From Acidobacteriota bacterium (GTDB taxonomy: Bacteria; Acidobacteriota; Vicinamibacteria; Vicinamibacterales; UBA8438): a DNA stretch of 64,000 bases. The notes beneath the pieces were generated by a model, which was not told the DNA's origin, ran no database searches, and saw only the letters and a list, made by a program, of their open reading frames with translations. How positions within the stretch are numbered: the stretch's first letter is position 1; the number at the start of each line of letters is the position of its first letter. Below are positions 43,896 through 52,631 of the stretch, in pieces. The translations under genes and the position numbers were made by a program. The stretch covers positions 10,654 to 74,653 of the forward strand of contig VXRJ01000038.1 in assembly GCA_009838525.1 (NCBI GenBank), given 5' to 3'.

Positions 43896-46658
43896 ATGAG
43901 ACTCACTAGATCGTGGCGAACGGCCTTGCTGATCGTCTTGACCACGCCGGGGTTCGCTGCCGCGCAGGACGCGGCGCTGTCAGGCACGGTCACCGACACG
44001 ACTGGGCTCGTGCTGCCGGGAGTCACCGTGGAGGCGCGTAGCGCGGCGGGCGATGCGGCCCGCACGGCCGTCACCGACGGCGCGGGCGCGTACCTGATCG
44101 CCGCGCCGCCCGGCGTCTACGAGGTGACGTTCAGCCTGCCGGGCTTCGGGCCCGTCGTGCGCGACGGCGTGGAGGTCCGCGCCGGGGCGACGGTCACGCT
44201 GGACATCGCGCTGGCGGTGCAGTTGGAGGAACGTGTGGTCGTCGTCGGCAGCCGGGCGCAGCCGCGGTCCGTGACCGCGTCGCAGGTACCCATCGACGCC
44301 GTCCCATTCCAGGACGTGATGAGCCAGGGCGCCACGACACTGGACTACCAGTTGCGGACGCTGATCCCGTCGTTCAACGTCGCCACCCACCCGATCAGCG
44401 ACGCGGCCACGCTCGTCCGGCCGGCTACGCTGCGCAACCTCGCCCACGACCACACGCTGGTCCTGGTAAACGGCAAACGCCGCCACCGCTCGTCGGTCGT
44501 CGCGTGGTTCGCGGGCACGACCGACGGTTCGCAGGGGCCGGACATCTCGACGATTCCCGCGATTGCGCTGCGCCAGGTCGAAGTGCTGCGCGACGGCGCG
44601 TCGGCGCAGTACGGCTCGGACGCGATAGCCGGTGTCATCAACTTCCTCTTGAGGGACGACGCGGCGGGAGGCAGCGTCGATGTCAGCACGGGAACGTACC
44701 GCGCCGGCGACGGCGACGCGTACAACGTCGCCAGCAACGTCGGGCTGCCGCTCGGCGCCAACGGGTTCGCCAATCTCAGCCTGGAGTACGGTCAGGCCGA
44801 CCCCACGGATCGCAGCGTGCAGCGGGCCGACGCGGCGGCGCTGGTCGCGGCCGGCAACACGGCGGTGGCCGACCCGGCGCAGATCTGGGGCAACCCGACT
44901 ATCGAGGACGACCTGAAGCTGTTCGGCAACTTCGGACACCTGTATGCCAACGGGTTGCAGTTCTACGGGCATGCCAACTACGCCGACAAGAAGGTGACCG
45001 AGGGGTTCTACTTCCGGAACCCGAACACGCGCCAGAACATCTACACCCTCGACGGCGGGCAGACGCTGCTCATCGGCGACGTGCTCCGGGCGAAGGGGAT
45101 GGGCTCGGCCAACTGTCCGACCGTGAGCGTCACCGGCAACGTTCCGGACCAGGAGGCGCTGGCGCGGGTGTTCGCCGACGACAACTGCTTTTCGTTCCAG
45201 GAGATCGCGCCGGGCGGCTTCACGCCGCAGTTCGGCGGCGTGGTCACCGACATGTCGGCTCTCGCTGGCCTCCGCCGGGTCGCGGCCAACGGCCTGACCT
45301 GGGACGTGAGCGCCAGCTACGGCTCCCACGAGTCGGACTTCTTCTTCAAGAACACGGTCAACGCGTCGCTCGGCCCGGATACGCCACGCGACTTCGATCC
45401 GGGCCTCTACCGGCAGGAAGACGTCAGTCTCAACGTCGACATCTCCTACGCCGTCAGCGAGGTGGTCCACCTGGCGGCGGGCGCCGAGTGGCGCGACGAG
45501 AGTTTCACCGTCGGCGCGGGGGATCGGGCGTCGTGGGAGGTGGGGCCGTACGCCGCGCAGGGGTTCGTGCCCGCGTCGAACGGCTTCCCCGGCTTCGCCG
45601 ACTACACCGCCGGCACGTGGAGCCGCCGCAACGTGGCGGTCTACGGCGACGCGGAGCTGCGGGGCCGCGACGACCGGTGGTCGGTCGGCGGGGCCGTGCG
45701 GGTCGAGCGCTTCGACCTGTTCGGGGCGACGGCGAACGGCAAGCTGTCGGCCCGGATCGGGCTGAGCGACGCCGTCTCGCTACGCGGCGGCGTGAGCACG
45801 GGGTTCCGCGCGCCGACGCCCGGCCAGCAGAATACGATCAACGTACAGACCTTCCTCAACGACCAACTCGAACTCACCGACAGCGGCACCGTACCGTCCA
45901 CTTTCGCGGCAGCGCGGCGCCACGGCGGCGTCCCGCTCCGGCCGGAAACCTCGCGCAACGTCACGGCCGGGCTGGTCGTCGACAGCGGTCCGTTCACCCT
46001 GACCGCCGACTACTTCCGGGTCGCCATCGCCGACCGCCTGGCCCTGTCAGGAGTCATCAGCACCGACGCGGAGGATCGCGCACTCCTGTTGGCCGACGGG
46101 ATCACCGCCGCCGAGTCGCTGACCCTGTTCCGGTTCTTCATCAACGACTTCTCCACCCGGACCCAGGGAATCGATGTCGTCTCTACCTGGACGCCGCCGG
46201 CCCTGTCCGGCGACACGGTCCTCAGCTTCACGATGAACTACACCGATACGAAGATGACGGAGGAGTCCGACCTGCTTGCTCCCGGCGACGTGCTCGCCCT
46301 GGAGCGGGGCGTGCCCCGGACCCGCTGGAACGCCGCCGTCAACCAGCGCGTGGGGCGGATTGGCCTGCTCGGCCGCCTGAGCTACTACGGCGGCTGGGTA
46401 GACCTGTTCGACGCGCGGTTCGTCAGTGGCGCGGATGCGCCGGTCCTGAACGGCCGCCCCATCGTCGACCTGGAAATCAGCGTGCCGTTGTCGGAGGACG
46501 TGACGCTGGCATTCGGCGGGCAGAATGTCTTCGACACGTTCTCGGACCGAAACGACGTGCTGGCCGACGCGCTCGGCGTCCCCTTCAGCCAGTTCACGCC
46601 ATGGGGCTTCAGCGGCGGCTACTACTACGTCCGCACCAACTATCGCTGGGGCCGTTAG
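43896..46658 (+). CDS. TonB-dependent receptor with N-terminal CarboxypepD_reg-like domain
   Basis: Start trimmed to MRLTRSWRTALLIVLTTPGFAAAQD. SGTVTDTTGLVLPGVTVEA... is the CarboxypepD_reg region. Plug region (..RNLAHDHTLVLVNGKRR.., ..IEVLRDGASAQYGSDAIAGVINF). Large barrel ending ..YYYVRTNYRWGR. Confidence 0.85.
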   Translation: MRLTRSWRTALLIVLTTPGFAAAQDAALSGTVTDTTGLVLPGVTVEARSAAGDAARTAVTDGAGAYLIAAPPGVYEVTFSLPGFGPVVRDGVEVRAGATVTLDIALAVQLEERVVVVGSRAQPRSVTASQVPIDAVPFQDVMSQGATTLDYQLRTLIPSFNVATHPISDAATLVRPATLRNLAHDHTLVLVNGKRRHRSSVVAWFAGTTDGSQGPDISTIPAIALRQVEVLRDGASAQYGSDAIAGVINFLLRDDAAGGSVDVSTGTYRAGDGDAYNVASNVGLPLGANGFANLSLEYGQADPTDRSVQRADAAALVAAGNTAVADPAQIWGNPTIEDDLKLFGNFGHLYANGLQFYGHANYADKKVTEGFYFRNPNTRQNIYTLDGGQTLLIGDVLRAKGMGSANCPTVSVTGNVPDQEALARVFADDNCFSFQEIAPGGFTPQFGGVVTDMSALAGLRRVAANGLTWDVSASYGSHESDFFFKNTVNASLGPDTPRDFDPGLYRQEDVSLNVDISYAVSEVVHLAAGAEWRDESFTVGAGDRASWEVGPYAAQGFVPASNGFPGFADYTAGTWSRRNVAVYGDAELRGRDDRWSVGGAVRVERFDLFGATANGKLSARIGLSDAVSLRGGVSTGFRAPTPGQQNTINVQTFLNDQLELTDSGTVPSTFAAARRHGGVPLRPETSRNVTAGLVVDSGPFTLTADYFRVAIADRLALSGVISTDAEDRALLLADGITAAESLTLFRFFINDFSTRTQGIDVVSTWTPPALSGDTVLSFTMNYTDTKMTEESDLLAPGDVLALERGVPRTRWNAAVNQRVGRIGLLGRLSYYGGWVDLFDARFVSGADAPVLNGRPIVDLEISVPLSEDVTLAFGGQNVFDTFSDRNDVLADALGVPFSQFTPWGFSGGYYYVRTNYRWGR

Positions 46659-49600
46659 GAGTCCGTCAAGCCGCCCTCCGATCAGGAAGCGGCGGCCGTA
46701 GGGCGACTGGCTGAAACTGCCGAACCATGTCAGCCTGTTGCTCGGAAGCCGCATCCGGTAGTTCCCGCGCACGTCCAGCGCCCACTGCTCCCGAGCAGCG
46801 GCGGGCAGATAGCGGCGGTAGACCTCGTCCTGCCACAGCGCGTCGGTCCCGGCCGCCGCGCCCCAGCGCGGCGACACCGACAGCGACGGCCCTTCGCCCT
46901 TCTGGCCGCCCACCGTCAGCGTCACCCCCGCGCCCCGCTCCCGGTAGCCGGCCGCCGAGTGCAACGCCAGCGACCGGCCCTGCGCATCGATCCGTACGAT
47001 GCCGCTCCGAGCCCGCAGCCCGACAGCCACTTCCGCGCCAATGCCCGTCTCGCCCGCGCCGCCGTCCAGCCGCAGGTGCGCCTCGCCGAACGGTTCTATG
47101 GACAGCCCGCCAATCCACACCGGCCGCGACACCTCCACCCCGACTCGCTGCTGGTTCACCGCCGCCGCGAGACGGTCGACGGACTCCAGGCCGTCCCCGG
47201 TCCGAAGGCGCGCCCACGCCGCGTCTGCCCGGAACCTGAAGGCCGTGCCGCCCGCCCCCACGCCGGCTCTACGCCGCATGTCGACCAGACCGATACCCAG
47301 ACCGAGGTCGGCGCCGCCCACCAGCCCCGTCGCATCCCGGACGTTCTCGGCAACCCCCCAGCCGCCGCCAGCCATCATCCACACCGACGTCGTCCCGTCC
47401 GACCACTGCAGGTACGGTTGCAGCGCCGTCAGCGTCGTCCGGAGCCGTCCGCTCGATGAGCCTACCCGCCAAGCGCCACGGCCGCCGCTGCGCGCCACCG
47501 CCACGCCAGCCAGCCAGCGCTCAGATAACCGCGCGTCTACACCCAGGTAACTGGTCCACACGTCGCCGTCGTACCCCGCGTCGTGCCCGAACACCGTCGG
47601 CGTGCCATCGAACGCCTGGACATCCCCCTGGCCCCACACGCCCCAGCGTCGACCCTTCCGGGCCTCGCCGGCTCCATCGCCGCCCAGAGCCAAGTGGAAC
47701 TCCGTGCCGCGCAACAGCGCGTCGGGACCGACCCCGGAACCTCCGAAGCCGTACAAGCCACGGGCCATGCCGGACAGCCCACCTGCCAGCATCCGCTCGG
47801 CCGCCGCACGCGCCGCCGTCTTCCCTAGCGGCACCGGTCGGCCCATCACCGTCAGCCGCGAGCGTCCATCGACGCCCGCCGTCACCCGCCGGCCCATCGT
47901 CATCCGCGCGCTCGCCAGATGCGACCGCGCCATCGCCGCCAGCGTGTCACCCAGCACCGCCCGCACTAGCCGGTCGTCGACTCCCACCGCGAACGTCTGC
48001 GTCGCCGTCAACCCGCCTGGGTCCTCGGCAGTGACCGCCACGGCCGCCGACCCATACACCACTGGCGTCAGCGTCAGCAATGTCCCGGCGACCGACACCG
48101 TCACCACGTCCGCGTCGGACGACGCCGCGTGGTAAGTCAGCGCGTCCCCGTCGATATCGTCGAAGTACGGCGTCAGGTCCACTTCAGCCGTGCCGCCCCC
48201 CTCGTCGAGCACCTGGTCCGGGATCACACCGACCGCCACCGGCGCATCGTTGACCGGCAGCACCGTCACCTGCACGGTCGCACTGGCCGTCTCGCCGTCC
48301 GGGTTCGCGACCACGTAGGTGAATCGGTCGCGCCCGTGGTAGTCCGCCTCCGGCGTGTAGGTCACGCCACCGCCCGAGGCGACGACCACCGCCCCGTGCG
48401 CCGCCCCCGATGCCGTCTCCACCCGCAGCTCGGCGCCGCCCGGATCCGTGTCGTTCGCCAGCACGTCCACCGTCACCGCCTCGTCTTCCAGCGTCACAAC
48501 CTCGTCGTCCGCCGCAGCCGGCAGCCGATTGGCGACTTCCACCGCGCAGGTGGCCGACGCCGAGCCGCCCCGCCCATCGGTTACTCGGACGCGGAACGTC
48601 ACGCGCCCAGCTTCATCGGGCGCCGTCCACCTCGCGGCTGCGCCGTTGGTCGCGCCGCCGAAGCGGCCGGCCGGCGCGCTCCAGACGTGGGTCAGCGGGT
48701 CACCGTCCGGGTCCGACGCGGTCGCTGTCAGCCGCACCTCCCCGCCCTGAGACACTACGCGCGGATCGCATGAAGCCGACACCGTGGGCGCCTGGTTCGC
48801 TGGCGGATCTTCTTCATCGTCGGTAATGGTCAGCGCGACATCGGCGGGGCCCGCCACACCGACGGAATTGGTCGTCGTGCCGGACACCATCACCGCCTTG
48901 TCGGCCGCATACACCGCGTTGTCCACCGCGGTGATGGTCACCTCGCCCGTGCTCGCGGTGCTTCCCGCCGTGATGGTCAGCGTGCGGTTGGCCGAGAGCG
49001 TGGAGTCGTCAGCGACGGCTGGAGCCATCGGCGTCACGGCCACTTCGATCGTCGTCACCGCGTCCGATGCGATGTCCAGCGTCGCCGTCACCGTGGTGAC
49101 GCCACCGTTCTCCGAGATGGTGGTTGAAGACAGGTCCAGCGCCACGACCGGCAGAACCGGCGTCGTTGCCGAGACCGGCGGCGGAGCCTTGCCCACGCCG
49201 CCGTTCAGCTTGCCGCTCCACACGCCACTCGGTGTCGTGGCCGCAACCAGTACTCCATCCGGAGTGGTGTCCGTTCCGCCCCACAGGTGGAATCCTTCCC
49301 GGTTCATTGACGCCGCTTCTATCTGGTAGGTCCTGCCGGGCGTTAGCCCGGTGAAGGTCAAATCCGTTGTGGAGCCGACGTTTCGCACCACGTAGTACCG
49401 ATAGCCGCCGCTGGTCCCCTCCCGAATGCCCAGCCGCACCCACGGATGGGTTCCGCCCGATACCCGCACCGTGACTGCGTTGAATGTTGTTCCTTGCACA
49501 ACCAACGGGTGCATCGGACGTGGCTGCCGCGGGGCGCGAATGTACAGATCGAATGGCTGATCCTCGGACACCGTCCCTTGCGTCGCCGTCACCGTGCACT

Positions 49601-49973
49601 GCGTGCGCTCCGTGGTGGAGTGCACGTGCCCCTCGGAGTTGGCGGTGACAACCAGCTTCCCGGCATCCTCCGTGCCGGCGGCGCCGACGGTCACCGACTC
49701 GTAGTAGTCGAGGTAATCCGCATCGCACGCCTTCAAGGCGAAGGTGACGCCGGTCCCGTCTCCAGACAGGTAATCAGTTAGCGTGAACTTCGTCCACGTG
49801 GCGTAGTACGTGACGAGGGGGAGATCGTCGTCGTCCACGTCCCAGATGGCGGTTTGGGCCGTTGCGTGCGCGCCGCCACCCAAGGCCACTGCGATAGCCG
49901 CTGCGCACCCCCACCCCACGGGGGCCGGGGGAGGCGACAAGTGATCTCGGAGGAACCGTCGCCGCTCTCGCAT
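46047..49973 (-). CDS. giant autotransporter-like adhesin (FN3-like, Calx-beta-like, PKD/Ig-like and cadherin-like repeats plus a C-terminal beta-barrel); both ends uncertain
   Basis: Passenger motifs: TLTITAGSTASTGEVTITAVDN (Calx-beta-like), DPDGDPLTHVWSAP (PKD-like), VTVDVLANDTDPGG...YHGRDRFTYVV...VLPVNDAP (cadherin/VCBS-like), IPDQVLDEGGGTAEVDLTPYFDDIDGDALTY (dystroglycan-type cadherin-like). Barrel: ..RWGVWGQGDVQAF...YLGVDARL...LTWFGSFSQSPYGRRFLIGGRL. Possible starts are 49973 (MRERRRFL..), 50012 or 50081. There is no in-frame stop until 46047, so the last approximately 612 nt run antisense to the TonB receptor. Confidence 0.7.
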   Translation of the reverse strand: MRERRRFLRDHLSPPPAPVGWGCAAAIAVALGGGAHATAQTAIWDVDDDDLPLVTYYATWTKFTLTDYLSGDGTGVTFALKACDADYLDYYESVTVGAAGTEDAGKLVVTANSEGHVHSTTERTQCTVTATQGTVSEDQPFDLYIRAPRQPRPMHPLVVQGTTFNAVTVRVSGGTHPWVRLGIREGTSGGYRYYVVRNVGSTTDLTFTGLTPGRTYQIEAASMNREGFHLWGGTDTTPDGVLVAATTPSGVWSGKLNGGVGKAPPPVSATTPVLPVVALDLSSTTISENGGVTTVTATLDIASDAVTTIEVAVTPMAPAVADDSTLSANRTLTITAGSTASTGEVTITAVDNAVYAADKAVMVSGTTTNSVGVAGPADVALTITDDEEDPPANQAPTVSASCDPRVVSQGGEVRLTATASDPDGDPLTHVWSAPAGRFGGATNGAAARWTAPDEAGRVTFRVRVTDGRGGSASATCAVEVANRLPAAADDEVVTLEDEAVTVDVLANDTDPGGAELRVETASGAAHGAVVVASGGGVTYTPEADYHGRDRFTYVVANPDGETASATVQVTVLPVNDAPVAVGVIPDQVLDEGGGTAEVDLTPYFDDIDGDALTYHAASSDADVVTVSVAGTLLTLTPVVYGSAAVAVTAEDPGGLTATQTFAVGVDDRLVRAVLGDTLAAMARSHLASARMTMGRRVTAGVDGRSRLTVMGRPVPLGKTAARAAAERMLAGGLSGMARGLYGFGGSGVGPDALLRGTEFHLALGGDGAGEARKGRRWGVWGQGDVQAFDGTPTVFGHDAGYDGDVWTSYLGVDARLSERWLAGVAVARSGGRGAWRVGSSSGRLRTTLTALQPYLQWSDGTTSVWMMAGGGWGVAENVRDATGLVGGADLGLGIGLVDMRRRAGVGAGGTAFRFRADAAWARLRTGDGLESVDRLAAAVNQQRVGVEVSRPVWIGGLSIEPFGEAHLRLDGGAGETGIGAEVAVGLRARSGIVRIDAQGRSLALHSAAGYRERGAGVTLTVGGQKGEGPSLSVSPRWGAAAGTDALWQDEVYRRYLPAAAREQWALDVRGNYRMRLPSNRLTWFGSFSQSPYGRRFLIGGRLDGLLTAPAIVGADVVVAAAEAPWRELAEGDAERVGQHVVSVRERVEDILPAECQRHVLRQRHADFQVDDGAAVQDRRIRATDEPRVEQVYPAAVVAQAAEQANPPHALVDGGVPAGPGHAPLQGEHVAGSKQVGLLRHLRIGVVHREAEDRVAGQGRRRPGRDDIDSLGPGGEVVDEEPEQGQRLGGGDPVGQQECAILRVGADDS

Positions 49974-50629
49974 TCTCTCTACCAACGACGTCAAGTTGGC
50001 AACCAGAGCCATCAGCGCCTCTAACTCTGTCTTGCCAGTCTGGTGCCGTCTCGCCTTCGGGGGTGTAGAAGACGACGACATCGATCACCGACGCCGCGCT
50101 TGCGTCTGAGCCGGCGTCGGGATTGGAGTCGACACGGGCGATCCGAGGCGACCCGCCGTCCCGCTCCGCGCTGGGGTGGCTGGCTGGTTCTCCAGACGTG
50201 ACGCCGCTCGGATAGCCGACGTGACCAGGCTGGATTCGGGCCGAGGCGCGTCCTTCGCCTGCAACCCCAGCAGCATGCGGCCCGGGCACGCGGCGCCATC
50301 GTGCTCGACGCGCCGGGTGTTCTCCGATCCGCGGGCGCCTCCTGGGCATGAATCGGTGTGCTGAATGCCAGGACACGCAACCATATAGAGGGCCAGTGGC
50401 CCTCTCATCGTGCCTTGCTCCTGCCGCAGCCTGTGACTTAGCATCCCGCGAAGGGAATGTTAGCCAACTTAGTGTGATTATTGGGTGATATAAAGCTTTG
50501 TGATAGTGATAAGATCGAGGTTATCGAGTCATGGCCCTTAAGTTGTTCCTCTGGAAGGGGGAGAGCCGCACTACTGCCCTCCGGCCGGCCTGGATCGCCG
50601 CCGCGGGGCGGGCAGTGATGCCGCAGCGA

Positions 50630-50775
50630 TCAGCGCTGCGCCGGGCCGGCCGCGTGTCCGTCGAGATACGCCGCCCAGTCGTGCATGAGCCGCCGTGGGC
50701 GGTCGAACAGGTCCGACCGCCCTAGGCCGCTTCGACCTTGTTCTGCACCGCGTGACCCTGGTGGAACCACCCTGG
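50630..50775 (-). pseudogene. C-terminal remnant of a P4-type tyrosine integrase (frameshifted, in-frame stop)
   Basis: The minus strand reads ..WFHQGHAVQNKVEAA(stop), then after a 1-nt shift ..GRSDLFDRPRRLMHDWAAYLDGHAAGPAQR(stop). This matches the integrase tail pattern AHxxxNKVxAAY..S(D/E)L..RRxLMxxWAxYLD. It abuts the PQQ dehydrogenase stop. Confidence 0.5.
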
Positions 50776-52548
50776 TCATTCAGGAAGCGCGAATACGAAG
50801 ATGTTGTTCCCTGCGCTGGGCCGAAGCTCCGGCGTCAGCCGGGCGAAGCCGGAGGCAGTGGCCGCCCAGCCGGTGCTGGCCACGACGTACTGCCGGCCAT
50901 CGACAGCGTAACTGATGGGGAAGCCGGTGATCGGCGAACCAAGATTGATCTCCCACAGCACGTCGCCGGTTTCCTGATCGAACGCCCGGAACCGGCCGTT
51001 GACGTCGCCGCCGAAGACCAGGCCGCCTCCCGTGGTGACGAGCGACATGGTGCCGGCGCGCTGCTCGTGAATCCAGGCGGTCCGGCCGGTCTCGGCGGAG
51101 ATCGCCTGGACGGTTCCCACCATCTCGGTTCCCGGTGCGATTTGCGTGCGGACGCCGAGGGCATAGGCCCGCTGGTTTCCCTCGTGCGTCGTCAGCATCC
51201 GCGCGCACGCGTTGCGGAGCGGCATGTACATCATGTTCGTCAGCGGGCTGTAGGCGCCCGCTTCCCAGTCCTTGCCGCCGATCAGCGTCGGACAGGCCAG
51301 TACTTCCTGACCCATCGCGCTGAAGACGACCTCGGCGTTCTCGGTGACGTCGCCGGTGGCGCCGTCGATGGCGCTGATGACGTTCTGGGCGACGGTGGGC
51401 GTGGCCCAAAGGAACTCGCCGGTCTCGCGGTCGAGGGTGTAGACGAGGCCCGTCTTGCCGGGGACACCGGTTATCACCTTGCGCACCTCGCCGCGCTCGA
51501 TCCGCGGGTTGATCCAACTCACCGCATCCGGATCGGGAGCGACCGCGGTGTCGACGAGCAGCCGCTCGAAGGGGTGGTCGAGATCCCAGTGATCGTTCAG
51601 GTGCTGGTAGTACCAGACGATCTCGCCGGTGTCGGCGTCGAGGGCGAGCGTCGAGTTGTGGTAGAGGTGGGCCAGCTCGGCGCCCCCGAGCAGGAACTTC
51701 GGTGCGGGCGCGGTGACCGAGGTTCCTATGTAGATCAGGTTCAACTCGGGATCGTAGCTCGGCACCATCCAGGCGCCGACGTGCTTGCGATCCTCGAACG
51801 GCACGTCGCCCCAGGTCTCGTCGCCCGGTTCCCCGGGAGCTGGAATCGTGCGACGGCGCCAGAGTTCCTCGCCCGTCGTCGCGTCGTGGGCGACGATGAC
51901 GCAGGCTTCCGGGCCGCCCCGCGGCGAGCAACTCCGTCCCGAGATCACCTTCCCGTTGGCAATGATCGGCCCCGAGCTCTGCAGCGCCGGGTTTGTCTCG
52001 TAGTCGAGGATCCGGGTTTCCCAGACCTGCTCGCCGGTTGCCGCGTCAAGCGCGAAGACATAGCCGTCCGCGCTGGTGTCGATGATGCGGTCGCCATAGA
52101 TGGCGAGGTTCCGGTTCGTGGTGGCAAGTCCGCGCGTGGCGGTGTCCTCCGGCAGATTTCGGCGGTACTCCCAGAGGAGATCGCCGGTGGCGGCGTCGAT
52201 CGCCTGAATGACGTCCCGCGGGTTCGGCAGATACATCACCCCGTCGTAGGCGAGCGGGGTCGCCTGCTGGCTGCCCTCTCCCATGCCGCGCGACCAGACC
52301 ATGCGCAACGCGCCGACGTTCTCCCGGTCGATCTGGTCCAGCGGGCTGTAGCCCCAGCCGTCGAGCGTGCGGCGCCACATGAGCCAGTCCGCCGGCGCCG
52401 GATCCTGAAGCACCGCGTCGGTGACCGGCACGAAGTCGCTGCCCGACTGCGCCTCGACGCCTGGGAACGCCGGCGTAAGGAAGAGGGCGGCAAGTGCCGC
52501 AAAGGAGCGGCGTAGCGTGGATCGCTCGACGCGGGTCCGGTGCAACAT
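50776..52548 (-). CDS. PQQ-dependent dehydrogenase (quinoprotein beta-propeller, methanol/ethanol-family-like)
   Basis: Signal ...ALFLTPAFPGVEAQ. Also ...DWLMWRRTLDGWGYSPLDQI..., repeated ...A(L/I)DAATGExxW blades, and YYQHLNDHWDLD around the catalytic Asp. Confidence 0.85.
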   Translation of the reverse strand: MLHRTRVERSTLRRSFAALAALFLTPAFPGVEAQSGSDFVPVTDAVLQDPAPADWLMWRRTLDGWGYSPLDQIDRENVGALRMVWSRGMGEGSQQATPLAYDGVMYLPNPRDVIQAIDAATGDLLWEYRRNLPEDTATRGLATTNRNLAIYGDRIIDTSADGYVFALDAATGEQVWETRILDYETNPALQSSGPIIANGKVISGRSCSPRGGPEACVIVAHDATTGEELWRRRTIPAPGEPGDETWGDVPFEDRKHVGAWMVPSYDPELNLIYIGTSVTAPAPKFLLGGAELAHLYHNSTLALDADTGEIVWYYQHLNDHWDLDHPFERLLVDTAVAPDPDAVSWINPRIERGEVRKVITGVPGKTGLVYTLDRETGEFLWATPTVAQNVISAIDGATGDVTENAEVVFSAMGQEVLACPTLIGGKDWEAGAYSPLTNMMYMPLRNACARMLTTHEGNQRAYALGVRTQIAPGTEMVGTVQAISAETGRTAWIHEQRAGTMSLVTTGGGLVFGGDVNGRFRAFDQETGDVLWEINLGSPITGFPISYAVDGRQYVVASTGWAATASGFARLTPELRPSAGNNIFVFALPE

Positions 52549-52631
52549 GCGGGGCCTCCTCGCCAGACGGGCGCCGCCCGTAACCTGCCTGGACGACGCG
52601 CTCTACGGTATCAGCTTGCGCGCTCCCAGAT

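Noticed and set aside
49774-50444. ORFs upstream of or overlapping the adhesin 5' end (49774..50376, 50021..50380, 50085..50444), one containing ..SVIDVVVFYTPEGE.., which recalled the N-terminal motif of reprolysin/M72-like metalloproteases.
   Set aside because: It is a single short motif in an Arg/Pro-rich frame with no signal peptide, and there is no HExxH anywhere downstream. It is most likely a chance match in a shadow frame.
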